A stretch of 64,000 nucleotides of DNA from Octopus sinensis. Taxonomy: Eukaryota. Position numbers and translations under genes: made by a program. The notes beneath the pieces are model-generated. The model had not been told where the DNA came from and did no database searches. It saw only the letters and a list, made by a program, of their open reading frames with translations. Location of the stretch: NCBI RefSeq assembly GCF_006345805.1, contig NC_043011.1:39506464-39570463 (forward strand), read 5' to 3'. Position 1 is the stretch's first letter. Every line of letters starts with the position of its first letter. Positions 13,702 through 26,714 of this stretch are shown piece by piece.

Positions 13702-13743
<42 letters not shown>

Positions 13744-14158
13744 TTACAATAATAACAACAATCATCAACAACAACAATAATAATCAATTTATGTCCACTT
13801 TTAATACTGGTGTAAGTTGGACAAGACATGTTTGTACCAGGGTTTTACAGCTGGTTGACCTTTCAGATTCTGGTCCTTTTAGTCATTACTTATACCATGC
13901 AGTGAAAATACCACTTACTAACATTTTTCACTAACTCTTTTAAACAGGTTAATGCTCACTTGACCACTGTTTCATATAGTTGGCATCCTAGATAATGTTC
14001 ACACAAAAAAAGCTAGAACCCCCACCCCCTCAAAGTCATTCTAAGTTCCAATGAGTATGCATGGGACTATACTTTACTAAGGAGGTATAATAAGCCTGAA
14101 ACATTACTGGAGTTATCACCATATCTACCAGAGATCAGACTCAAACCCTCCTACTGTA

Positions 14159-14303
14159 CTATCTATCTATCCGCTCAGTCGAAGTCGACTCTCGGTTACT
14201 CGCTGGATCAGTGTCCTCCAGTCAGTTCTATCCTGGGCCGCTTCTTTCAGATTGGCTATGTCCATTCTGGTATCACTCTTGATGGTGTCAAGCCAGCGGG
14301 TTT
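14159..14303 (-). mobile_element. RTE-BovB-like LINE 3' end
   Basis: TRWLDTIKSDTRMDIANLKEAAQDRTDWRTLIQRVTESRLRLSG* followed by (TAGA)n tail. Confidence 0.8.
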
Positions 14304-15039
14304 CTCACCATGGTGCTGGGGGTGGCAACAGCATATGGTAAGTATGCTGGCTAAACAGCTCTGGCCTGGGGAAAGACCTGGCCACCTACCCCAGTATCCT
14401 GGCCAATATACTCTAGGGATCAAAAGTGTAAGAATTCCTACTGTACACCGTCATTTCATTTCTTATCAATTTAAATTTCTGAATTATATCCCTTGCTCTT
14501 ATTTTTGAATAATTATCACTGGCGCTAACTATTTTCCTTCTCATGACAGGCATCATATCAACTCAGTAAAAAAGATTTTTTTTTTTACATAGTCACAACA
14601 GCCTGCATTTAACTATATAAGTTCTAAATGAAAAAGACAACTCAGGGAAAATTTCCAATTTTACCCTGGTATTTCAAAAACTTTAAACTAAACCTAAAAA
14701 CTTCTAAATAAATACTTGTCCATAATCCAACTTCAATAGAATTCCTGCTTTCACTCATTCTCTTTTTCTTTTCATGTTCATTTTTTAAAATTCTGTATTT
14801 CGTTTATAAATGATTTTATATTTATTCTATTTTTATGACTATTCTTATTACTATTTTCCTAATTTTTTTTTTCGAATTTTGTTTTGTTTCACATATTCTT
14901 CAAATAAAGAAAAAAAAGTGAACAGAAAAGAAAAGCTGTATGTATTTATGTATTCAAGTGTTCAACTGCGACAATTTTGAGATAAGAAAGGGATTTTGGT
15001 ACAGCTACTAAGTGTGATTGCTTTAAAGCACTATGAGAA

Positions 15040-15065
15040 CATATATATATACATTTATATATATG

Positions 15066-15118
<53 letters not shown>

Positions 15119-15169
15119 TATATATACACACACATATATATATACATATATATATATATATACACATGC

Positions 15170-15240
<71 letters not shown>

Positions 15241-15256
15241 CATATATACATATGAC

Positions 15257-15296
<40 letters not shown>

Positions 15297-15670
15297 AATA
15301 TATGTATATACACATGCATATATATACACACATTTTACACACATGTATGTGCATGTATGCACATAAATGTGTGTATGTGTGTACACACATACACATGCAC
15401 ATATATATGTATATGTTTGAGTATACATACATATATGCATGTATATATATATATATATACACACATATGTATGTATACATTCATATATATTTATGTGTAC
15501 ATATATCTCTATGCATATATGTACATACATACACATGCATGTATGTATATGTGTGTATTTGTGTGTGTGTATGTGTGTGTATATATATGTATATATAGAG
15601 AGAGAGATAGATAGATATAAATACAAGTGTATGTGTGCACGTATATGCATATTTACACATACATAACGCA
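15040..15670. repeat. Compound (TA)n/(CA)n/(TG)n microsatellite
   Basis: direct inspection. Confidence 0.95.
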
Positions 15671-16155
15671 TACATGAAACAAAAGAGAGAACCAACCACC
15701 CACCCACCCACCCAACCGACCAACCAATGAAATAACAACAACAGACAAGAGAGAAGTGAAACCAGCTGCCTTCTGGCAGTCTACATAGAAATAAATAATT
15801 TACTTTGAAGCATAAGTAATTTCTTAGATTTCCTGATAACCAGATGTCCAAAAACAGAAAAATGAATATTCATCACAACAGAGTTTTCAGAAAGTTGTTT
15901 GTTCTCTGAGTGCTTGAGTGGGAATTACCATTTTTCCTTTCCACCAGATTCTTCCATCATTTTGGCCATTGAGTGCAGCCCGAGAAACGAGTTACCTCGT
16001 GTCTTTAATTTTCAAACATACATTTTTTTGCAAAATTTTTTTTTTTTTAACCGCGTAATCTGAAATTTCACGTCCACGCAAACACATACATGTACACTTC
16101 ATGCACACACGCATGTACACACACATCTTTGTGTGTACGTGTGTATATACATTAT

Positions 16156-16561
16156 ACTCTTTTACTCTTTTACTTGTTTCAGTCATTTGACTGCGGCCAT
16201 GCTGGAGCACCGCCTTTAATCGAGCAACTCGACCCCAGGACTTGTTCTTTTGTAAGCCCAGTACTTATTCTATCGGTCTCTTTTGCCGAACCGCTAAGTA
16301 ACGGGGACATAAACACACCAGCATCAGTTGTCAAGCAATGCTAGGGGACAAACACAGACACACAAACACACACACGCATATATATATATACATGTATACA
16401 ACGGGCTTCTTTCAGTTTCCGTCTACCAAATCCACTCACAAGGCTTTGGTCAGCCCGAGGCTATAGTAGAAGACACTTGCCCAAGGTGCCACGCAGTGGG
16501 ACTGAACCCGGAACCATGCGGTTGGTAGACAAGCTACTTACCACACAGCCACTCCAGTGCC
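16156..16561 (-). mobile_element. Full-length family B SINE (CpG-rich, relatively young)
   Basis: reverse complement of 3812-4232 unit. Confidence 0.85.
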
Positions 16562-16754
16562 TATGTGTACAAATTGTATGAGTGTATGTATGCATTGTAT
16601 GCGTATGCATGCATACACTCTATGTGTGTATGTATACATTCCTTTATTCATTTCCTTTGATCTTTTCACTGGTTTCAGTCATTTGACTACGGCCATGCTG
16701 GAGCATCGCCTTTAAAGCTTTTAGTTAAACAATTCAACCCCAGGACTTATTTTT

Positions 16755-16786
<32 letters not shown>

Positions 16787-16924
16787 CTTTTACCTGTTTC
16801 AATCATTAGACTGCAGCCATGCTGAGGTACCAACACACACAAGCATAAATATATATATACACACACATGTATGTATATATATATATATATGCATGTATAT
16901 TTATGTATATATATGTTAGTGTGC

Positions 16925-17590
16925 ATATATAGTATATATGTATGTGGCACATGGGTGCCAGTTCATGACACAGGGATCGGCCATGTCTGTAATTCAATTT
17001 GGCTTGATGGGTCTTCTCAAGCCCGGCATATCGCCCATCATTCAAAGGGTACTTGTCACATGCCACCAGCATGAGTGCCAGACATGTAACAGTGGCATTG
17101 GCCACAACTATTGCTCCAGTGTCGCATAACCGGCATCCATGCCAGTGGCATGAAGACAGCACTGTTCGAACATTAGGCCTCACAGAGGCAGTGACGAGTG
17201 ATGGAAACCACTGGCAATATACCGTGCTTGAGAAAACCTTTCAAGTCAAGTGAGATCATAGTCATGTCCGATGCTGGCATTACATAAATGGCACCCATGC
17301 TAGTGGCATTACCATGCCTGAGAAGACCCATCCAGCCAAGGGAGATCATAGTCACGGTCGATATTGACGTTACATAACTGGCACCCATGCCAGTGGTATG
17401 TAAAAAGCACTGTTCGAACATTAGGGCTCACAGAGGCAGTGACAAGTGACCGAGATCTTTGGTGATATACCATGCATGAGAAGACCCGTCCAGCCAAGGG
17501 AGATCATAGTTACGGTCGATATTGATGTTACATAACTGGCACCCATGCCAGTGGTATGTAAAAAGTAACCACTACACTCATAGAGTGGTT
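16925..17590. mobile_element. Rearranged RTE family D 3' fragments with internal tandem duplications
   Basis: RTLGLTEAVTSD..WxY.VLEKT-coding block repeated; about 160-bp offset duplications 17320-17405/17478-17565. Confidence 0.7.
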
Positions 17591-17600
17591 ATATGTATAC

Positions 17601-17631
<31 letters not shown>

Positions 17632-18364
17632 GATACACACACATGCATGCACACAGGCAGACACATACACACACATCTAGACACACAGGCACACACACAC
17701 AAATAACTCATAACTCTTCAATGACAACATCCATTGAAGAATTTTTTGTTTACGCTTCCATTACCAACCGGGGAGGGGGGGGTTGTTTTGCGTTCTTGTT
17801 TTTCTTTTTCTCCCTTTTTCTCCCTTTCTTCTCCCACTTTTTTCTTTTTTACCTCTGTACGTCTGTCTGTGCATGTAAAAGACCAGACTACATGGATTAT
17901 TATGCATCAGAAGTAAAGCACAAGTAAGTGATGACGACGATGATGATGATGATGATGACAACGACACACGGTAATACGTTAATTAAGTCACGAGCATTAA
18001 TTGCAGGTGATCCGTGGAAACTTCAGAGAAATTAGTTTCGCCAAGTGGAGAATGCATGAGCAGGGCATAGAGCCATGACATCGTTTCATGTGATTTTCAA
18101 ATACACTTCTTTCCTTCTTTATGAATTCAACTTCTTAGATTTCAACCTTTCCATCACTGTAATTCTATTGAAGTACAGTCAGCAAATATTCAAATATTGT
18201 TGGACCCGTGAAAGCATGTAAAAGTGGACATCAAGACAATGATGATGAGGATGATGATGATGATCAGGATGATGGTGAGTGGATCTGGTAGAGAAACTGA
18301 AAGAAGGCCTTTGTATATATATATATATATATATCATCAACATCATCATCATAATCATCATCGT

Positions 18365-18406
<42 letters not shown>

Positions 18407-19101
18407 TATCATCATCATCATCACCATAGTCATCATCGTCATCTTCCTCATTTAACGTCCCTTTTTTTCCATGCTGGCACGGGTTGGACAGTCTGACATG
18501 AACTGACTAGCCAGAGGGCTGCACCAAGCTCCAAAATCTGCTTTGGCATGGTTTCGACAGATGGATGTCCTTTCTTAATGCCAATCACTTCAAAAGAATG
18601 CACTGCATGTATTTTTGTCCCCAGCACCAACACTGGTGGGGTCACCATATATCCACAAGACAGGGAAGACCCTTCAACAAAGTAGGGAATAGTAATAAGG
18701 CATAAGAAACTATGATAGAGAGAGAGGAGCAAGTGTCTTGCAGAAAAAGAGAGAAAGAGAGAGAGAGAGAAAGATGTATGTATGTAGGTATATTTAAGAT
18801 AGTACATGGCTCAGTGGTTAGAGCATGAAACTCACAATCATGAGGTAGTGAGTTCGGTTCCTGGATTGGGCTGTGTGTTGTGTTTTTGAGCAAGACAGAT
18901 AGAGAGGCAGAAACAGGTATCTTGTTAAAGAGGAAGTACCTACTTATCCAGTCAGAGGGAGAGAGAGAAAGGGAGGAGGAGGTAGAGGAACAGAGAGGAA
19001 GAGGGAGAGGGAAAGAGAGGAAAAGAAGGTGGGAGAGAGAGGTAACAAGATAGATGAGAGGAACAGGTGAGCTGATAAGGAAAACAGTACCTTAAAAGAC
19101 T

Positions 19102-19239
19102 TACATTATTTACATTTGACGGATATTTGTCCTCATCTTGCTTGTCGTTAACACAATGTTTCCGCTGACCCTCCAGCCTTCATCAGGTTTCTTGGAGAAA
19201 TTTCGAACCTGGGTTCTCATTCGTAAGGTATTTTTTCAA

Positions 19240-19272
<33 letters not shown>

Positions 19273-19615
19273 CACTATTCAGATCACTGCCTGGAATCGA
19301 ACTCGGAATCTTGGGGTTAGTAGCCCAGGTTCTAAACCACAGGCTATGGCATAGTGGTTAAGAACGTGGACTACTAACCCCAGGATTCCGAGTTCGATTC
19401 CAAGCAGTGACCTGAATAATAGTAATAATAACAACATCGAAAAAATACCTTAGGAATGAGAACCAAAGTTTGAAATTTACCCAAGACACCTGATGAAGGC
19501 TGGAGTGTATATCAGCTGAAATGTTGTGCTACCAACAAACAAGATGAGGACAAAAATCCGTCAAATGTAAATAATGTACATAATGTACATAATTCCTCAT
19601 CTCTCAAATATAGAA
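19102..19615. mobile_element. Head-to-head inverted dimer of a tRNA-headed, hammerhead-containing SINE-like element
   Basis: 19102-19340 is the reverse complement of 19354-19578; box A TAGTGGTTAAG, box B GAGTTCGATTCC; CTGATGA-A-GGCTG..CAGC-GAAA at 19486-19529(+) and 19151-19190(-); 14-bp flanking direct repeat. Confidence 0.8.
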
Positions 19616-19629
19616 CTTAAAAAACTTAC

Positions 19630-19710
19630 CTCGTCATATATGCGCATTGTTCTTCTATAAAACTGCTCGGTCTCATGGGAATAGTTTCGAGGATCATGAT
19701 TGAATCGGGA
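19630..19710 (-). CDS. CFAP221: CFAP221 internal exon H (SRFNHDPRNYSHETEQFYRRTMRIYDE)
   Basis: cttctttccttacag acceptor, gtaagt donor, 81 nt, phase 0 to 0. Confidence 0.85.
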
Positions 19711-20762
19711 CTGTAAGGAAAGAAGCAAAACAGGGAAAATCTGAATTCACCAAAAAAATCATTCTTAGGCACAAAAATAAAAAAAGAACAAACATGGACG
19801 AAAATTTCCATCAAGCCAAGTGAAATGAGTCATGGCAGATACTGGGTGTCACACAACTGGCACTTGTGCCAGTTGCATGTAAAATCATGCATTGCACTCT
19901 TGGAGTGGATGGCTTCAGGAAGGGCATTCAGTCATAGAAACCAGGCCAAAACAGACTGGTGTCTGGTGCAGCCCCTCAGCTTACCAGCCCTGGTCAAACT
20001 GTCCAACCCATGCCAACAGGGACAATGGATGCTAAATGATGATGATGATGAATCAAGCAATAAAGGAAAACAAAAAAGTATAACATATGCAAGCATGGGT
20101 GTATGGTTAAGAAGTTTGCTTCCCAGCCACATGGTTTTGGGTTCAGTCCCAGCACAACCCACCATGAGTGAGTAGTGGAGGCACATGGCTTAGTGGTTAG
20201 GGTGTTAGACTCGTGACTGTAAGATTGTGGTTTCAATTCCTGAACCAGGCAACACATTGTGTTTTTGAGCAAAAACACTTCATTTCACATTGCTCCAGTC
20301 CACTCAGCTGGCAAAAGGAAGTAATCCTGTGAGAGACTATCATCTCATCCAGGTGCAGAATATATATGCCACTGAAACCAGCCCTTATGAGTCAGCATGA
20401 CTTGGGAAGGTAACTTTTTTAAATCTGTCAGTCAAAAGGTAAAGATCCATCACTATTATTGACCAAACTATCAAATGTTCTTATATGCCGCTGGCATTGT
20501 TGTGGCTTTCGAAGGATAGTACCCTGTTGGATAGGAGGGTAGGCTGACATTCCCTTTAAACTGAATGCCAGTGACACCCATTTACAGTTAAGTGGACTGG
20601 AGGAATGTGAAATAAAGGGTTCTGCTCAAGAACACAATGCAGACCCAGTCAAGGAATCAAAGACACATTCTTGAGATCATGAATGCAACACCATAGCTAC
20701 AAGATTTTGCAACTTTGTGTGTGTATCTGTGTGTGAATATATATATATATATATACTCTCTC

Positions 20763-21295
20763 TTTTACTCTTTTACTTGTTTCAGTCATTTGACTGCGGC
20801 CATGCTGGAGCACCGCCTTTAATCGAGCAACTTGACCCCGGGACTCATTCTTTTGTAAGCCCAGTACTTATTCTATTGGTCTCATTTGCCGAATCGCTAA
20901 GTAACGGGGACATAAACACACCAGCATCGGTTGTCAAGCAATGCTAGGGGGACAAACACAGACACACAAACACACACATGCATATATATATATATATATA
21001 TATACTTTGATACTTTGATAGGTTTCGGCCATTATTGGCCCAGGCCATGTCTAACTTAATAGCACCACCTGGTGAAGTCTTTCAAATCAGAATTTGGGCA
21101 CTATGGCCCACTCAAGTAGAGAGTTATTGTTTACAGAGACATATCCGGGTGTAGGGGGTTTATCCGGGATTTCTTGAAGGAATCTGTCCAAAGACTTCTT
21201 GAACCCTATAGGGTCAGTTTCTGTTTTAATGTGTTTTGGTGTAATGTTAAAGAGAGCGGGGCCAATTGAGGTGAAATAATTGTGCCGTATTGTTG

Positions 21296-21334
<39 letters not shown>

Positions 21335-21428
21335 ACGGGCTTCTTTCAGTTTCCGTCTACCAAATCCACTCACAAGGCTTTGGTCGGCCCGAGGCTACAG
21401 AAGAAGACACTTACCCAAGGTGCCACGC
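20763..21428 (-). mobile_element. Family B SINE interrupted in its (TA)n tract by a LINE 3' end
   Basis: SINE halves 20763-20980 and 21333-21428. Confidence 0.8.
21003..21298 (-). mobile_element. Young CR1/L2-group LINE 3' end
   Basis: stop-free TTIRHNYFTSIGPALFNITPKHIK...FKKSLDRFLQEIPDKP...NNNSLLEW; (ATCAAAGT)2 tail. Confidence 0.8.
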
Positions 21429-21496
21429 ATACATACATAAATATATATACATACATATATATATATATACACACACACTCATACATATATATAATA

Positions 21497-21812
21497 ACTG
21501 GCACTCCGTTGGTGACAATGACAAGGGTTCCAATAGATCCGATTAATGGAACAGCCTGCTCATGAAATTGAGGTGCAAGTGGCTGAGCACTCCACAGACA
21601 CGTGTACCCTTAATGTAGTTCTGAGGAAGATTCAGCATGACACGGAATGTGACAAGGCTGGCCCCTTTGAATTACAGGTACTACTCACTTTTGCTAGCTA
21701 AATGGACTGGAGCAACATGAAATAAAGTATCTTGCTCAAGGACACAACACATCACCAAGAACTGAACTCATAACCTTACGATTGGAAGGTGAATATAGTA
21801 ACTATTAAAGCC
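21497..21812 (-). mobile_element. tRNA-derived SINE family C
   Basis: ttgtgtccttgagcaagatactt core and ccttgtcaca..ctgtggagtgctcagccacttgca body; copies at 23443(+), 49313(-), 60265(-). Confidence 0.8.
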
Positions 21813-22019
21813 ATGTGCTTATATATATATATATATTATATATATATATATACACATACATATACAGTTGAAATTTACAGAAAAACAAAAGACGAAGACA
21901 TGTGTATTAGTTTAATGCTCGGGAAGGTGAGAAAGTCTTTTATGTTTCGAGCCTACACTCTTCAACAGAAAGGAACATGAGGAATAAACAGAGCAAGAAT
22001 AGAAAACTTTTGGAGTTAT

Positions 22020-22064
<45 letters not shown>

Positions 22065-22141
22065 GATACACACACATATGTTGTTATGTTGTGTGTGTAT
22101 ATACATACATACTCAATATGTGTGTGTGTGTGTGTGTATGA

Positions 22142-22195
<54 letters not shown>

Positions 22196-22554
22196 AGATA
22201 GGGGTTGAAAATTCAACCCACCATGGGATAACATATATCCAATATACTGCTAGAGAGGTACCCAACAAGACTAATACATAAATGTTAAAAATTGCCAAGC
22301 AATTAATTCATCTACTGTATTATGTGGGCAAAGGTAAAAATATTACCGTAAATTAATACTACAAAATTAGAAAATGGAGAAACATACTTAAATCAATCAA
22401 ACATCAACCATCAGATGATACCCAATCAATACTTTATTACACCATTACATAACAGCAAAGGCATATACAAAATATATTGTAAATATAATTAGACAAGGAA
22501 ATAGAAATATAAAATATAAAATATAATATATATTCTCCATTTTCTAATTTTGTA

Positions 22555-22593
<39 letters not shown>

Positions 22594-22765
22594 CATATAT
22601 ATGCATATATATGTGTGTGTGTAAGTGTGCATGTATGTATATATATTTCACAAATCTTTAGGTTTAAATGCTTGGTTAATCGGATCAACTGGAACCCTCG
22701 TTATCATAACCAATAGAGTACCAGTTATTATATATATATATGTATATATATGTGTATATATATAT

Positions 22766-22838
<73 letters not shown>

Positions 22839-23018
22839 GATGTATGTATATATATATATATAATGACTGGCACTTTGTCGATTACAACAATGAGGCTTTC
22901 AGTTGATCCGATCAACCAAGCATTTAAATTTAACAATTTGTGAAATAAAATTTGACAAATATTCAGGAAAAGAAAAAAAATTTTTCACAAAATATTTTAT
23001 TCATTTTCAAAATCTTAC

Positions 23019-23171
23019 TTTATGGTTTTCCCAGAGCTGTTTCCAATAATCCTGTTCAATGAGCTTTGATTCTGCACTCATGGCATCTTCACCAACCTTC
23101 TTCTGCCAACGCAGTTGATTTTGCCGTTCTTCTTTGATCAGCTGTTGTATGGAGTTCTCAAAGGTAACTGC
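23019..23171 (-). CDS. CFAP221: CFAP221 internal exon G (AVTFENSIQQLIKEERQNQLRWQKKVGEDAMSAESKLIEQDYWKQLWENHK)
   Basis: gtaaga donor, phase 0 to 0; EERQNQLRWQ..GED motif; acceptor either at 23172 (homology-preferred) or in-frame at 23214. Confidence 0.88.
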
Positions 23172-23442
23172 CTTAATTAGAACATTTTGGTTTATTATTA
23201 GTATCATTATTCCCTAAATGAGAGAGTAAAAGTTGAAGAGAGAACTTGGCCCTAATGCTCAAGGATAGTGGGGTTCCTTGATTGACTCTACAAGTCCTCC
23301 AATATCAGGAGGTTTGCTGTATACCATGTATATTTGCATTCATTACTTTAGGTAATTCTGTATACCAAGTATGCTTTTTTTATTAAAACCATTTCATTCT
23401 ATGCAAATCCCCATACTTCATGCCTGTCTTTGTATCGTCTGT

Positions 23443-23820
23443 GGAGGTGTAATGGCCCAGTGGTTAGGGCAGCGGAATCGCAGTTATAGGATCGTGGATT
23501 TGATTTCTAGACCGGGCATTATGAGTGTTTATTGAGCAAAAACACTTCAAAGCCCCATGAGGCTCTGGCAGGGGTTGGTGGCAAACCCTGCTGTACTCTT
23601 TCACCACAATTTTCTCTCACTCTTTCTTCCTGTTTCTGTTGTACCTGTATTTCAAAGGGCCAGTTTTGTCACACTCTCTGTCATGCTGAATCTCCCCAAG
23701 AACTACATTAAGGGTACACATATCTGTGGAGTACTCAGCCACTTGCATGCCAATTTCACGAGCAGGCTGTTCCGTTGATTAGATCAACTGGAACCCTCGT
23801 CGTCGTAACCAACAGAGTGC
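23443..23820 (+). mobile_element. Full-length family C SINE
   Basis: tggcccagtggttagggc box A head through gtaaccaacagagtgc tail. Confidence 0.8.
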
Positions 23821-24288
23821 TGTAGTATATTCTCTGTCCCTTAATATCATCTGTTCCCTTAGTAAAATATAAAAGAAATTATTATTAGTAGTAGTGTTTT
23901 CCCTTTTTTCTTTTACCCATTTCAGCTATTAGACTGTGGCCATGATGGGGCACTGCCTCAAAGAACTTTTAGTCGAATGAATTGATCACAACATATTTTC
24001 TATTGGTTTCTTTTGCCAAACTGATAAATTTGACAATTGACAAGTCCCTTAACCCCCAGGGTGTCATTGGCGTACAGCAGCTATGCAGTGTATCTAGGGC
24101 AAGAAAGCATGGTGAAGCCCATCTGTCTTCAGGCTAAACTCATTTCTAAAGTTGAGTGGACTGGAGTAACAAGAAAGTTAGTGTTTTGCTCCAAGGGCAC
24201 AATGGATCGCTTGGTCCTGGGACTGAAACCACTATCTTACAGTCATGAATCCAACACTCTAACCAGTTATGAAGAACAAAGTAGCATA

Positions 24289-24690
24289 GGCGCAGGAGTG
24301 GCTGTGTGGTAAGTAGTTTGCTTACCAACCACATAATTACAGGTTTAGTCCCACTGCATGGCACCTTGGGCAAGTGTCTTCTACTATAGCCTGGGGCCAA
24401 CCAAAGTCTTGTGAATGGATTTGGTAGACGGAAACTGAAAGAAGCCTATTGTATATATGTATATATGTATGCGTGTGTATATGATTGTATGTGAGTTTGT
24501 CCCCCCAACATTGCTTGACAACTGATGCTGTTGTGTTTACGTCACCGTAACTTAATGGTTCGGCAAAAGAGACCGATAGAATAAGTACTAAGCTTACAAA
24601 GAATAAGTCCTGGAATCAATTAGCTCGACTAAAGGTGGTGCTCCAGCATGGCCACAGTCAAATGACTGAAACAAGTAAAAGAATAAAAGA
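24289..24690 (+). mobile_element. Full-length family B SINE
   Basis: matches 3812-4232. Confidence 0.85.
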
Positions 24691-25732
24691 ATATTGGATG
24701 AAGTAATTCTTGAAAGAATGTATTTGACAAAAAGCCAGAAATTAACATCTTTATCCAAAGATGGATGAGCATCAGTTGAATTTCTTTGGAAAGTGCTCTC
24801 AAGTTCCGATAATTGTCAACCTCTGTCATATCTGAGTCATAGAAGCCAAAGTGGAGGTACGAGGCTTTCTGAATAAGGCGTTGGACTTATGAGTGTCAGA
24901 TTGTGATTTTGATCCTGGACTGGGTGACGCATTGTGTCCTTGAGCAAAACACTTCATTCCCCATTGCTCCAGTCCACTCCACTGGCAAAGATGAGTAAAT
25001 CGGGCAATGGCCTGACATCCCATCCAGAGGGAAATATATACACCATGCATACTGGAAACCAACCCTATAAAGTCAATATGACTCGAGAAGGAATTTTATC
25101 CTATTTCCATAGCAACCTAATAAGAGAGCGGATCTCACATTTATTTTTCTATTTTAGTCGTGATACAAACTGCAATGCTCATCACTTCATAATGTTACAT
25201 GAAAACCCCAAGTTATTTTCATGTAGTTGCTGTTGCTGTTACTGATATTGTTGTTGGCATTAATCGTTTAGTTACCATATTTTAGTCGAAATACAATGCC
25301 AATCTTTCAATTAATTTTGAAAATGATAAAGAATTTAGTAAAATAACTTTGGCATTATTAAATTGGTGTTTTGCAGAGCATAAATCAACACGGAATTTTG
25401 ATGGGAAGTTTTAATTCATATCACTTGAAAACAGGGAGATTTGTATCATGGAACAAGGATGATCTCAGACAAGTTGGTACCAAGAAAGGTAATGATGACA
25501 GAAGGTGCTCAAAGAGGGCCAACCACTCCCCCTGGTCAACCTTGGTAGACAAGGCCTGTGACTGAAGGCTTTCAAAGCATGGTCATCTTGTCTTTTTCTT
25601 TTCTTTTTTCTATTTTCCAGATGTGATGTGCCTAAAATTACTCTTACCATTCTATTGTTTAATATGGTGACTCCATGATTTGAGGGAGAATTAGCTGCTA
25701 CTTCTCCCAGGTTGAATAACTATCCAGAAGCT

Positions 25733-26101
25733 TCCTCTCTCTCCATCTCTCTTTCTCTCATTCTCCTTTTATCTTTCCCTCTCCTTCTCCTTCTCTCTCT
25801 ATCTGTCTGTCTCTCTCTGACTTTCTCTTACTCTCTGTTTCATTTATGGTCTTTCACACTCTCTGTCTGTGTCCCTTTCTCTCACTCCCCCTCAATCTAT
25901 TTGTCTCTCTCCTCCCCTCTCTGTATTTGTGTCTCTCGCTATCTTTCTTCTCTCATTCTCCTTCTCTCCCTTCCTCTTTCTCCCCCCATTTCTTTTCCTC
26001 TCACTTTCTCTTTCATTCTCTCTCTTCTCCCTCTCCCTCTTTTTCTCACTCTCCCCCTCTCTCATTCTCTCTTTCACTCTCATTCTCTCTTTCTCTCTCG
26101 T

Positions 26102-26139
<38 letters not shown>

Positions 26140-26140
26140 T
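25733..26140. repeat. (CT)-rich low-complexity tract plus (CA)n
   Basis: direct inspection. Confidence 0.9.
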
Positions 26141-26225
26141 CGTTTCCTAGTTCAGTCCAAATGGCATCAAAGTATCAAAGCATTTAAAAATTACACTCAG
26201 TCATCTAAGAGAAGCTTCCACTTAC

Positions 26226-26272
26226 CTTAACATGCCTTGACTCACTATCATTCTGTTTTCCTTTCCACAAAA
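26226..26272 (-). CDS. CFAP221: CFAP221 internal exon F, 47 nt (ILWKGKQNDSESRHVK)
   Basis: poly-T atag acceptor, gtaagt donor, phase 1 to 0 exactly bridges exons E and G. Confidence 0.85.
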
Positions 26273-26397
26273 CTATAAAAAAAAAATCAATAAACCATTA
26301 CAAAGTATAAGACACTTCCAAAACACATAAACAAAAATTAGCATCCTAAATTACCAAATAAACGAAGTTAATGCATAACATTTATACAATACAGATT

Positions 26398-26626
26398 TTA
26401 ACCCTTTAGCGCTTAAACCGGTCATATACAACTGAAAATTTTCTACCTGTCTCATGTTCAAACTGTCAGAACTTGGCCTCTTACACCTATCCTACAATGT
26501 CATTCTAAAAGTTTTGAATTTATCTTTGAAATCTTTAAGTTATGAGATAATGCATGATTAATTGTAACAATGAGAATGAATAAGCATTACATTTGACAGA
26601 GGAGTCTGAATGTTAAAAGGGGCTAA
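26398..26626. mobile_element. piggyBac-like MITE
   Basis: TTAA-CCCTTTAG left end, decayed right end; related copies near 1626-1730 and 11480-11700. Confidence 0.55.
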
Positions 26627-26714
26627 ATAAGGTTTTAACTTATATATATATATATATATACGTTTAAATATTTGTTGTGCAAGATTTTTTATGTGAAGTC
26701 GTGTGTTGAAACAG

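Noticed and set aside
19348-19413. Functional tRNA gene
   Set aside because: Acceptor stem does not pair; part of a repeated element
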